This document shows, in pieces, positions 12,501-21,000 of a stretch of DNA of 64,000 nt. The number at the start of each line of letters is the position of its first letter. The stretch's first letter is position 1. The notes below the pieces were generated by a model. It was not told the DNA's origin. It searched no databases and saw nothing but the letters and a program-made list of their open reading frames with translations. Source of the stretch: a virus. Taxonomy: Duplodnaviria > Caudoviricetes. Where the stretch lies: the IMG/VR virus record IMGVR_UViG_3300033064_000910, positions 1 through 64,000 of that record; one strand, written 5' to 3'. A program made the translations under genes and the position numbers.

Positions 12501-14083
12501 ACATTGGTTACATTAAATACTTTATCCAAAGATTCGGATGGATAATATGCAGCTGATGCCGATATTATCATACTTCCGCTAAATGTAGAAAATGTATTTA
12601 CTCTTAATCCAAAATTTGGGCTTATTGATGCGGTTGCACTACCACTGGCAATTTTAGATAGGTCTAAATCTCTAAGAGCTGATATTGGTATATCAAATAA
12701 TCTATCTCCACTACCAGAATAAGATGAACCAGATGCAATTTCAATACCTCTAGCACCACTTACAAATAAAGAGCCTGTAAATTGCGAACCACTATCTATC
12801 GATTGTACTCTAAATCCAAAATCAGGTGTTACGGATGCGGTTACACTACCACTTGTAATTAAAGTACTTAATAATGCGTCCGGTGCTAATGCAGAACGAG
12901 GGATATCAGATAATCCTTTACCACTACCACTAAAGAATGAACCGGTTGCAACTCTTATATTACCACCACTTACAAATAAACTACCAGTAAATTGTGAACC
13001 ACTATTTAATGAAATTACTCTGAATCCGTCACTCGGACTAACCGATGCAGTTACACTTCCAGTTGCTATTAATGTTGCTACTAAAGCATCAGGAGTTAAT
13101 GCGGAACGAGGAATATCAAATAAGCCTCTACCACTACCGCTAAACATAGATGCCGAAACTCCGAATTGAAATGTTGAAAAAGTATTGACTACAAATCCAG
13201 TATTAGGTGCTATTGATGCTGTTGCAGACCCACTAGCTATTCTAGTAGATACTAGCGAATCAATATTAAGTGCTGATAATGGAATATTAAATAATCCCTC
13301 ACCACTACCACTAAAGAATCCACTTCCAGATGGTATTACAACATTTCCACTTACAAAAAGTGAACCAGTAAATTTAGAACCACTAGCTATTGATGTTACT
13401 ACAAATCCAGTATTTGGTGCTACCGATGCTGTTACACTACCACTTGCTAATCTAGTAGCTTGTGGTAAATTAAATAAATCTCTTGCATCTCCAAAAAATG
13501 AACCAGTAAATGAACCAGTAAATGAAGAACCGGTAATATTGTTACCAATTAATTCACTTTGTATTCTTACAGATCCTGTAAATTGTTGTATGTTTTGGTC
13601 TATATTACCAAATATATTTGAACCCGATGAAAATACTATTGACGATGAAACTATATTTACAATAATTTGGTCAGCAAAAATAGATTCATCAACTATTAAA
13701 TTACCTTGAATTCTAGTATTTGTATTAACTAATAAATCACCTTGTTGAAAAGATGCAGTTGCCGAACCACTTGCTATAAATTTTGATACAGGTAAATTAA
13801 CTAAATCTCTACCATCTCCAAAATAGGAGCCGGTAAAAGAACCGGTGAAAGAGCCAGTAAATGTACCAGTCGCTCTATCTAAATCTAAACTTCTTACAAA
13901 TCCTCTATTACCCTGGTCATCCGATACTAATATCGCCGGAGAACCAGAAAGTGAAGCAGAGAAATTTGGAACACCAAAATTCGGTTCAACTTGAGATAAA
14001 TCAATGAACTGATATCTGTCTGCCGTTACATTTTTGGGTGAAATTACCCTTACCCTACCCGTTAATAGATTACTAATTGCCAT
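3557..14083 (-). CDS. Giant fibre protein (3508 aa): ~22 SGSVTASVSP shaft repeats, 3 cupredoxin-like inserts, ~1000-aa (Gly-Thr-Ser)n tract, C-terminal fibre tip domain
   Basis: Repeat unit GSGxGLFDIPxSAL...IASGSVTASVSPxxGFxV...FTGSLxVSG; three HPFWI...YYNCxxHxSMxGxINV modules; C-terminal ITWPATVNWAGGIQPVLT...DVLVFYTFDGGTSWYG typical of phage fibre tips. Confidence 0.85.
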   Translation of the reverse strand: MAISNLLTGRVRVISPKNVTADRYQFIDLSQVEPNFGVPNFSASLSGSPAILVSDDQGNRGFVRSLDLDRATGTFTGSFTGSFTGSYFGDGRDLVNLPVSKFIASGSATASFQQGDLLVNTNTRIQGNLIVDESIFADQIIVNIVSSSIVFSSGSNIFGNIDQNIQQFTGSVRIQSELIGNNITGSSFTGSFTGSFFGDARDLFNLPQATRLASGSVTASVAPNTGFVVTSIASGSKFTGSLFVSGNVVIPSGSGFFSGSGEGLFNIPLSALNIDSLVSTRIASGSATASIAPNTGFVVNTFSTFQFGVSASMFSGSGRGLFDIPRSALTPDALVATLIATGSVTASVSPSDGFRVISLNSGSQFTGSLFVSGGNIRVATGSFFSGSGKGLSDIPRSALAPDALLSTLITSGSVTASVTPDFGFRVQSIDSGSQFTGSLFVSGARGIEIASGSSYSGSGDRLFDIPISALRDLDLSKIASGSATASISPNFGLRVNTFSTFSGSMIISASAAYYPSESLDKVFNVTNVDTGNYVFNGDTTVANPTITLVRGVTYTFNINASGHPFWIKTIAGSTSNNAYNTGVTNNGEDLGTIEFVVPYDAPSILYYNCEYHISMAGTINVVDALLQRRPEVLIIGDAIVSGSLNVSQPAIFKSTITASMFTGSGAGLFDIPESALSFSPSRIASGSITASVSPVFGFKVESPLSGSQFTGSIDISGSLRVFQVFTNEVSGSDISGSFQGDGSRLTGIIVSPQVATKIVSGSVTASVSPVEGFVVTSVTAGSTFVGNLFVSGNISITSGSVYSGSGANLFDIPESALSFSPNKIASGSVTASVSPDFGLKVESLENGSQFTGSLFISGAGVFLNSGSFSGSGKNLFDIPISALSNLDTSKIFSGSVTASISPNKGFEVFADVSNFSGSISASVFSGSGKGLFDIPQSALSSEVFRISSGSVTASVSPNFGFRVESFESGSDFSGSIRIDSSSFIYAEGTFLRNIPRNALTEEALISTEIKSGSVTASVSPNEGFKVTSIESGSQFSGSLFVSGGYIRVETGSFFSGSGAGLSDIPESALSFKINRIASGSVTASISPDFGLRVNTFSTISGSFIASSSARIIPSYDIDKVFNVTNDGSGLYNISNRLVSGSNPNLTLVRNVEYTFNINAIGHPFWINETSGLGTNNSYDYWVTNNGEDSGVITFLVSGSAPDTLYYNCQLHSSMKGDINVVDALYVPAEIKLIGETKVIGNITASMFSGSGKGLFDIPQSAISGDTVRIASGSVTASVSPAFGFRVASFVSGSDFSGSIRIDSSSFIYSEGTFLRNIPRAALTEDALVSSEIKSGSVTASVSPDFGFKVTTPFTSSLSFDNVFTVTNDGSGVYNISNGLISGSNPTLTLHRNYEYVFNVNANGHPFWINSASALGVTNGYNSWVTNNGEDVGQIIFLVSGSAPNTLYYNCQLHSSMSGSINVVDGNPNFIYDTQIGSRLTGSVDISGSLFINEISGGLFLASSSVYYGEGTFLRNIPRSALTEDALVSTEIKSGSVTASVSPDFGFRVQTKATGSQIGSQITGSIDVSGSVKAFTFIGDGSQLTNVQAAAAPLIASGSATASVQSGDAFIVTTTATGSGQDVQFGSKFTGSVDISGSIKAQFILGDGTFITNVQAAAAPFIGSGSATASVQSGDTFVVTTGATGSAIGSRFTGSIDISGSVRAFSFSGDGSQLTNVQASAAPLIASGSATASVQSGIQFIVTTKGNFSTVGSNSGSYYGALFTGSVSISGSISASRFDGDGGGLFNIPPESIEGLELAKINSGSGIAIIDPTKLDVNVPITAALYIGDGGGLFNIPANALQDLQLDRIQSGSVNAIISPNKGLEINTSVRIFSGSLTVSGSVFVSGGNMVLQSGSTYVGDGSGLNNINIANLSFETFILKSGSATASISPNNGFVVNTSSFFYGEMFVQEKARFSNVTASGIIKSALFTGSFLGTYNFQGVGPTASAEYQILRYNDTQGYFIPQPETSLTETVSFNNVSTLTIVHNLDIRYPIVQVYATGSEDQIMAGTIKSIDEDTIQLIFAGLTSGHVVIGSGGSLISGTIDGNRVFGEVLSASFARKALLADAVTGFDSASLVSLSASLANANAYVRNDQTSSMSVFSAVSSSYALTASYALNAAQGGGTELFIYQTSSLVKAQVGKIHFTGSGVNVTPSGSDGVLVTILGGGGAVDSANFVQNAVTSSMSVATSSFGFFALTASFALNSANTDTSSFLNINTNQTINASLTISGSLGISGSVFLGNLISGSAEDVVVWNSTNRRLERRNIAGVQGSSGTSGASGTNGSEGTSGTSGTSGTSGTSGTSGVDGTSGTSGTSGTSGTSGVDGTSGTSGTSGTSGTSGTSGTSGTSGTSGTSGTSGTTGSEGTSGTSGTSGTSGTSGTSGSGGSSGTSGTSGTSGTSGTRGTSGTSGTSGTSGTSGTSGTSGTSGTSGTSGSGGSSGTSGTSGSAGSSGTSGSGGSSGTSGTSGTSGTSGSAGSGGTAGSSGTSGSTGTGGSSGTSGTSGTSGSSGTSGGTGTSGTSGTSGTSGTSGTSGIDGSNGTSGTSGSSGEAGTSGSSGTSGTSGTSGTSGTSGSTGSDGTSGTSGTSGTSGSEGSSGTSGTSGTSGTSGTSGSSGTSGIDGTSGSSGTSGTSGSSGTSGTSGTTGSDGTSGTSGTSGTDGTSGTSGTSGTDGSEGTSGTSGSSGSSGTSGTDGTSGTSGTSGTDGSEGTSGTSGTSGINGTSGTSGTSGSEGTSGTSGTSGTDGSEGSSGTSGTSGTSGSNGTSGTSGSDGTSGTSGSSGTDGTSGTSGTSGIDGSSGTSGTSGSDGTSGSSGTSGTSGTSGTSGVNGTFFGSSGTSGIDGSSGTSGSSGTSGTSGTSGSDGTSGLNGTFFGSSGTSGINGTSGTSGSDGTSGTSGVSGTDGTSGTSGLNGTFFGSSGTSGTSGSDGTSGVSGTSGISGTDGTSGTSGLNGTFFGSSGTSGESGTSGTSGSDGTSGTSGTSGISGTSGLDGTLFGSSGTSGTSGSDGTSGTSGTSGTSGISGTSGLDGTLFGSSGTSGISGSDGTSGTSGTSGTSGTSGISGTSGLDGTLFGSSGTSGTSGSDGTSGTSGVSGTSGTSGVSGSSGLNGTMFGSSGTCGTSGSDGTSGTSGVSGTSGTSGISGSSGLNGTMFGSSGTSGESGTSGTSGSSATDGTSGTSGTSGSSGVNGTFFGSSGTSGINGSEGSGGSGGTSGTSGTNAPGFSSGTSGTSGISGTDGSAGTSGTNAPGFSSGTSGTSGQTGTSGTSGTNAPGFSSGTSGVSGSSGTSGSGGTSATGVTSGTSGTNGFALTGTTNDGLLTYTNAPAGANVESNITFDGSTLTIVGNTTQTGDITLTGGLDASTYLEATAYREIYNNLGTGASVAIDCSTANNFRRQFNGTATVTFTNVPVGKAFGFTLLTVNAGAYVITWPATVNWAGGIQPVLTSSGEDVLVFYTFDGGTSWYGFTIAKNLS
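4060..7165 (-). repeat. Coding tandem repeat (Gly-Thr/Ser-Ser)n, about 3.1 kb, with periodic NGTFFG/DGTLFG/NGTMFG/NAPGF interruptions
   Basis: Plus strand is built from 9-nt units such as GTTCCTGAA/GTACCAGAT; Gly at every third residue in the minus-strand frame. Confidence 0.95.
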
Positions 14084-14103
14084 GCGTTACTTTCCAGCTT
14101 TTT

Positions 14104-14131
14104 TATAAATATCAAAAATCAACTATAAATA
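14104..14131 (-). promoter_or_regulatory. Putative phage late-promoter motif TATTTATA (two copies here; representative of a family across the window)
   Basis: Plus-strand TATAAATA at 2182, 2188, 14104, 14124, 33608, 37066, 38878, 39483, 48626, 56053 and 60535, all intergenic; the copy nearest each minus-strand ATG is 14-44 nt upstream of it. Confidence 0.55.
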
Positions 14132-14151
14132 TTAATAGTAGATATATATCG

Positions 14152-15069
14152 TTATTCGTTTGCACTTTCTAACAAAGAAAGAACCACAGTTAATTGAGAT
14201 GAGCCGGATACTATGAAACCATACGTTTCTTCTAATACCAATTTACCCGAAACTACCGGTGAAAGTGAATCAGCTGCTGGTATTGTCACATTAGTTACCA
14301 ATCTTACAGCTTCTTGTTCAACTAATACAGGAGATTCAATTGTAGTTTTGATAACATCTACTAAAGAATTTACTACATATATAGATGCTGATATTCCTGA
14401 TTGAGTTCCGTTTGTAAATGCACTTAATACTGATTGCGTTACTCCACTTTGAAATAATAATGGAGAAGCATCTGAACCAGTTACCGATTGGTTTTTTATA
14501 ATTTGATTTGATAATACTTTTAAATAATCTAAAGCAAATATAGATGCAGAATATTCAGTAGTATCAATAAGAGATACTCCATTTTTATCAAAATAAGCTT
14601 TTGCTGCTTTGTTTGTTCGGATTGTTGTATTATTAACAATATCATACTTTATTGCATCCACATCATCTAAAGTATTTTGTTCAAAGTAAGATGATATGAA
14701 AGTAAATGGAGTTTCCGATAAACTATTTTGATTTTGAGTATATGCTGCTATTTCTTTTCTTAAAAATTGTCTGTTTGAATTTAGTAATAAAGATGCACTA
14801 GCAAAACTACCACTAAAATTTAGTAAACTTACAGAAGCACTAACAAAAGCACTACCACTATATATGTCACCAAATTCAGGTATAGGTATTTCTTTGTTAG
14901 ATGTTACAAATATAGTTACGGGTTGTGTTACCAAACTATTATTTGTAATTTGACAAGACAATACAATCGATGAAACACCCGCTGGTGTTGTATAGATTTC
15001 ATCAGGTTCTCCAGTCAATCCAACTACTACTGACTGAAACCGATTTAAGGGTACAAAAACTTCTGCCAT
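14152..15069 (-). CDS. Virion adaptor-like protein (305 aa): the 110-aa domain split by an inserted helical (globin-like) repeat
   Basis: N- and C-terminal parts match 1541..1873. The middle LLLNSNRQFLRKEIAAY...DAIKYDIV...ALDYLKVLSNQIIKN resembles the 5016-aa repeat core but lacks the Cys. Confidence 0.75.
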   Translation of the reverse strand: MAEVFVPLNRFQSVVVGLTGEPDEIYTTPAGVSSIVLSCQITNNSLVTQPVTIFVTSNKEIPIPEFGDIYSGSAFVSASVSLLNFSGSFASASLLLNSNRQFLRKEIAAYTQNQNSLSETPFTFISSYFEQNTLDDVDAIKYDIVNNTTIRTNKAAKAYFDKNGVSLIDTTEYSASIFALDYLKVLSNQIIKNQSVTGSDASPLLFQSGVTQSVLSAFTNGTQSGISASIYVVNSLVDVIKTTIESPVLVEQEAVRLVTNVTIPAADSLSPVVSGKLVLEETYGFIVSGSSQLTVVLSLLESANE

Positions 15070-15094
15070 TTTTTTATTTTTTTATTTTCTTTTT

Positions 15095-18000
15095 TTATAT
15101 TTGTAGTGCTAATGAGAACGGAGTTACTAATGAGAATAGAGATTTACTAAATGTTCTACCCACAAGAGTACCAGTTGCCTGATTAATACTTAAACCCGTA
15201 CCAATTCTAAAGTCACCATCCTGATTACCAGATGTGAAGAAGATTCTACCTCCACCCAATTCGGTAATTTCAAATGCCGGGTCTGCAACACCACTACCAC
15301 CCTGATTTGGAGGAAGTGCTTTAAATGTTACACCACTACCATTATAAGAGTAGTCAATACCAGTTGCCACAATTAGAGAACCAAATACTTCTAATGGTGC
15401 TCCAGCTGCTATAAACTCTGCTCTAGTTCTTAGATAACGATTTGTTTCTAATGTTTCTAATAATTGGTCTCTAGTAACAACAACCGCACTTCCGTATTGT
15501 CCATCGTAGTATGAAGATGCTGCTCTAATTCCTCTTTCATTTCCACCATATAATAAATCAGTCACACATGCATCTACAATAAATCCAGTATCACGTGAAC
15601 AACTTGCCTCATTATATACTAAATATGGAAAAGCTCCATTTGTGTATCCGATTGCTCTTTGTTTTAATTCGTCTTTACCGCCTTTTAATCTTTCAGCTGC
15701 TTGTCTTCTCTTAGTTGCAGGTGCTAAATAACTTAATAAAGTATTTGCTACAATTTTTTCAGATATTCCTCTTGCAAAGTTAATACCATCTATCGTTTGC
15801 TTCTTTTGTCCATTATTATCACCATAACTTTCCACAATTGCTACTGATGGGAATTTGTAATAATATGAACCTGCTTCAATACTTCTTTCGTTACCACCAT
15901 AAACTAAGTCAGTTCTGATTGCATCTATAATAAATCCTAAATCTCTACTACAACTTGCTTCATTATATTTCAAATTACTCCAAGAAGAAGATAAGAATGT
16001 TATAGTTTCTTTTTGTATTAATTGTTTATTATCTGTCAACAATTGTGCAGTTGTTAATAAAGAAGCCGATGGTACTAAATAAGTTGGATTGATTATTACC
16101 TTTTTAGATAATTTTCCAGCATATCTGATACCCGTAAGTGTTGGGTCTAATTGATTTTGTGTTGATGGTACACCTTTATTGATTGCGTTAGAAGGATATA
16201 AGTAATAATACTGTCCTGCTATCACACTTCGTTCTTGTCCACCATATAATACATCCGTTGCTGCTGCATCTATTAAATATCCAACATCTCTCTTACAAGT
16301 TGTTTCATTGTAATATACACCACTCCAAGAAGAACTAACATAAGCGATAGTTTCAGCTGCCACAAATGATTTGTTCTTTCTTAATAAATCAAATGATGCT
16401 GATGCCTCTACTGATGCCGTTACGAATAATATATTTTTGGCAATTTTTTGTGCTATTCTACTTGCGTAGTTTATACCATCAATTGTTTGTCCTAATTGTC
16501 CAACACCATCGCCATCTCCCTCTATAATTGCCTTAGATGGATATTTGTAATAGAACTCTCCGTTGAATGAACCTCTTTCATTACCACCATATAATAAGTC
16601 AGTAATAACTCCATCTATAATAAATCCAGTATCTCTCTTACACTTATCTTTATCATATTCAAATGTACTCCAACTAGCAGTTAAGTAAGCTAGGGTTTCA
16701 TTTTGTATAAACTCTCTATTCTTTCTCAACAAATTAACCGATGCTGAAACTATTTGAGATGCTGTCACAAATGTTAATGAAGCCGCAACATTTTTAGAAA
16801 GTTGTCCTGCGTAATTAACACCGGTTAATGTTGCTTGTACTTGCGAACCAGTACCATTTGCCTGAGATGGATATAAATAATAGAATATACCTGCGTATGT
16901 ACTTCTTTCATTTCCACCATATAATAAATCCGTAGAAACTGCATCTATAATATGTCCCACATCTCTCTTACAAGTTGTTTCAACATAAGATGCCGTACTC
17001 CAAGATGATGATAGGTAAGCAATAGTTTCATTTTGTATAAACTCTCTATTCTTTCTAATCAATGCGTATGATGCTGATACATTTGCCGATGCCGTTACAT
17101 AAGTTACGTTTTGTACTATATTTTGTGCTAACTTACTTGCGTAATTGATACCATCTAATGTTTGATTTATTTGTGCTCCTTGCGCCTGTGATGGATATTG
17201 ATAATAGAATATACCATTAAATAATGATGCTGAATTTGCGTTGTATAATAAATCTTCCGCAGAACCACTAAGTATTCCTCTTAAATCACGACCACATTTA
17301 CTTTCATCGTAAGATGCTGTTGACCAAGATGAACTTAAATATGCAATTGATTCCGATACAATGAATCCAATATTTGCTTTTAATAAATTGTATGCGTATA
17401 TTACATTAGTATCAGCCGATGGAGTTACATATGGAATTAAAGTTGGTAATGAACCCGTACCATTTGCTATTATATTTGTTACAATAGAAATAGATGCGGA
17501 TACTTTAGTAGATTCAGCCACAGTTCCAAACAATGATGATGTTACAAGTTGTGTAGCGTTAGTTACTTTAATATTTGCCTGTGTATTAGGTATAACAAGA
17601 GGTGCCGCTATTAATGTACTACTAATAGATGCGGTTGTAAATCTAGCTGCGTACTTAATTGCATCGGTTGTTTGTACCACTTGCGAACCAAATCCATTAG
17701 CTTGTGATGGGAACTGATAATAGTAATCCCCATTATCTCTACTTCTTTCATTTCCACCATAAAGTAAATCAGTTGCTACACCATCAATGATATATCCTAA
17801 ATCTCTATAACATTTACTTTCACTATAATCTAAGTTAGGGTATTTAACGTTTACATATGCAACACTTTCACTTTGTATGAATAGTTTGTTAGCTTTTATT
17901 AAATCGTATGCGTATTGAACTTCCAAAGATGCTGTAAATATCTGCTTATTAACCACTACGTTCATAGCCGTTCCTTTTGCGTATCTTATACCAGTCAATG

Positions 18001-21000
18001 TTGGTTCTAATTGTGCATTTGTAGCTTGAGATGGATAATCATAATAGTATCTACCTGCTACCACACTTCTTTCATTACCACCATATAGTAAATCAGTTGC
18101 TACTGCATCTATAACGTATCCAATATCTCTCTTACAAGTTGTTTCGTTATAATCAAAGTTACTCCAAGAAGAAGATAGATATGCAATTGATTCACTTTGT
18201 ATAAATGCTTTGTTATTTCTTAATGAATTCCAAGATGCCGATGTTGGTTGATTAATTGATGCTGATATGTGTGTGAATACAGTATTCAATACAACCTTTT
18301 CTGCTAATCCACTTGCGTATTTGATTGCCGTAATTGTTTGGTCTAATTGTGAACCGGTAGCGTTTGATGGATAATCGAAATAGAACTTACCATTAAACAA
18401 AGATGCCGAATTACCACCATATAAAAGGTCAAATGCAGAACCACTAAGGATTCCAGTCAAATCTCTTTCACATTTACTTTGTGTATATTCAAACCCACTC
18501 CAAGATGAACTCATATAAGCAATAGTTTCATCAACTATAAATTTAGAGTTACTTATTAATAAGTTATATGCTGAATTTATCTTTGCATTTGAATTTGCTA
18601 TCGGATATGTTGATGGGTTAAACCCAATTGAGCTTGTGCCATTACTTAATAATACATCAATTACCAAAGATAAAGATGATGATATTAATTTACCTTGTAA
18701 TCTTCCAGATGCACTTCCACTTATCAATTGTGGCGTATCGGTTACTTTAATACTTGCTGATGTATTTGATATAATTGTTGGTAGAACCGATGTTCCGTTT
18801 TCAATTACATTTAATATCAAATCAAATCCACTTGCAATCTTATTAGTATCAAAAGATGATGCGGATATTGATTGCTTTATAGGATTTGCATTTGTTACTT
18901 TTAAAGATGATGATGTACTTGCTACTAATGTAGGTAATACACTCAATCCGTTTTTAACAACGTTTACAACAGTACCATAAGAAGAACTTACGTTTGTAAT
19001 TTGAGTTGATAAGTTATATGAACCCGTACCAATTGTTTGCTCTTTAGAACTTATATGTAATAAAGTTGGTGTAGATAATTCAAATCCATAATCATAGTTT
19101 CTTGCTAATGAATCCGGTACAAATGCAACACCTTTTTCAATAATATCAGCTACATGCTTAAATGATGATGTAATAATATCTAATTCAGCTCCACTTGCTG
19201 ATATTGATGATGAGTATTGAGCTGTATTTGTTACTTTAATTAAACTATCTCCATTTTGAACCAATACAGGTATAGTACTTATTGAATTTTTAGTAGTTCT
19301 AATAAATGTATGAGCCGATTGAGGTAAATGTTTAATTGCCCCAGCTGATGCTGATACAAATGTATGTACTGATTGAGGTAAGTGTTGTATAGCGTTTGCT
19401 GATGCCGATACAAATGTATGTATTGAGCCAGAAGCACTTCCAGCATCTCCTACATTAATTGTAAATGTACCAGTTTGTCTTTGTAATCCATTTGCTGTTG
19501 CTGATATAAATGTATGTGCACCAATATAGTTAGATGAACCCACATTGATAGTAAATGTATTCGTTGTTACATTAGATATCTCTAACCATCTTCCAGATGG
19601 GTAATCGTAACCAGGTCTTGGATACGATTTAGAAACACTATAATCATCCAACACACAAGTGTAAGTTAATGAATTGTCAGAAATCTTAATATAATCTCCA
19701 TTACTAAATCCATGTCCTGCTACCGTTAAAGTAACTACTCCCGTTGATGAATTATAAGGAGCGTTAGTTATTGTATGTGATGAAGTACCAACTGAAGTAA
19801 TTACAATTGATTTTCCAGCATATGGGTCACTACCACTTCTTGGGTAACTATGAGTTGTTGCGTTATTGTCTTGGTCACAAGTAAATGCTATTGAAGCACT
19901 TGCTAAAGTAACACTCCTACCAACTCCTAATCCGTGCTGACCAACAGTTACAACCATATCACCTGTTAGGGCGTTGTAGGATGCTGATGTTGGTGTGAAA
20001 TATTTGTTAGCTGCCGATACACCAACGTTAAAAGTTAATGTAGTATCGGTTACAGCGGTAAGTGGAATAGAACGAACTGAATATGGGTCAATACCAAATC
20101 TAGGATAAGATTTAGTAGATTGATTATTATCCATATCACAAGTAAACGCAAATGAACCAGTAGAAAGTACTATACCCTCACCCACACTTAAATTATGAGT
20201 CCCCACAGTGACTACGAAATTACCAGTTGCCGGATTATATGATGCCGATGTTGGAGTAAACTCTACGTTAGGTCCTGATGCTCCAACATTTACAGTTATA
20301 GTATTAGTTGTTACCGATTGTATTTGTAATTTGTTAGAATATGGATATTGTCCAACTCCAGGTAATTTATGTTCCGTTCTGTTACCATCCATTTCACAAG
20401 TGAACACAAATGATTCAGGTCTAATGTAAATACTATTGTATTTTGTCAATGTATGACTTGGTATAGTAATTACAAATTCTCCATCCGCCGGATTGTATGT
20501 TGCGGTAGTTGGTGTAAATGATTTTACCCCATCATTTATAATTCCAGTTACTAAACCAAATGATGAACTAATTTGATTTACTTCAATTATTGATGCTGAT
20601 ATTGATGATGATGTATATTGTGCAGTATTAGTTACTTTAATATTTCCATCAGTATTTGTTGTTAGTGTTGGAGAATTTAATTTAATATTTTGAACGATTG
20701 CTTTAGCAACTGCTTTTGCGTAATCAACACCAGCAACAGTTTCTCTAACTTGCGTACTCTTTGTTGCTAATGATGGATACAAATAATAATATTGTCCAGC
20801 TATAACACTTCTTTGATTTCCACCATAGAAATTATCAGTTATAACTGCATCTAAAATATATCCAACATCACGTCTACACGTTTCTCTTAAATAAACTAAG
20901 TTAGGGAAGAAAGCATCTATGTATTGTACAGTTTCATTTTGTATAAATTTTTTATTCTGTCTTAATAAATTAACTGATGATGTTGTAAATCCAGTTGGTG

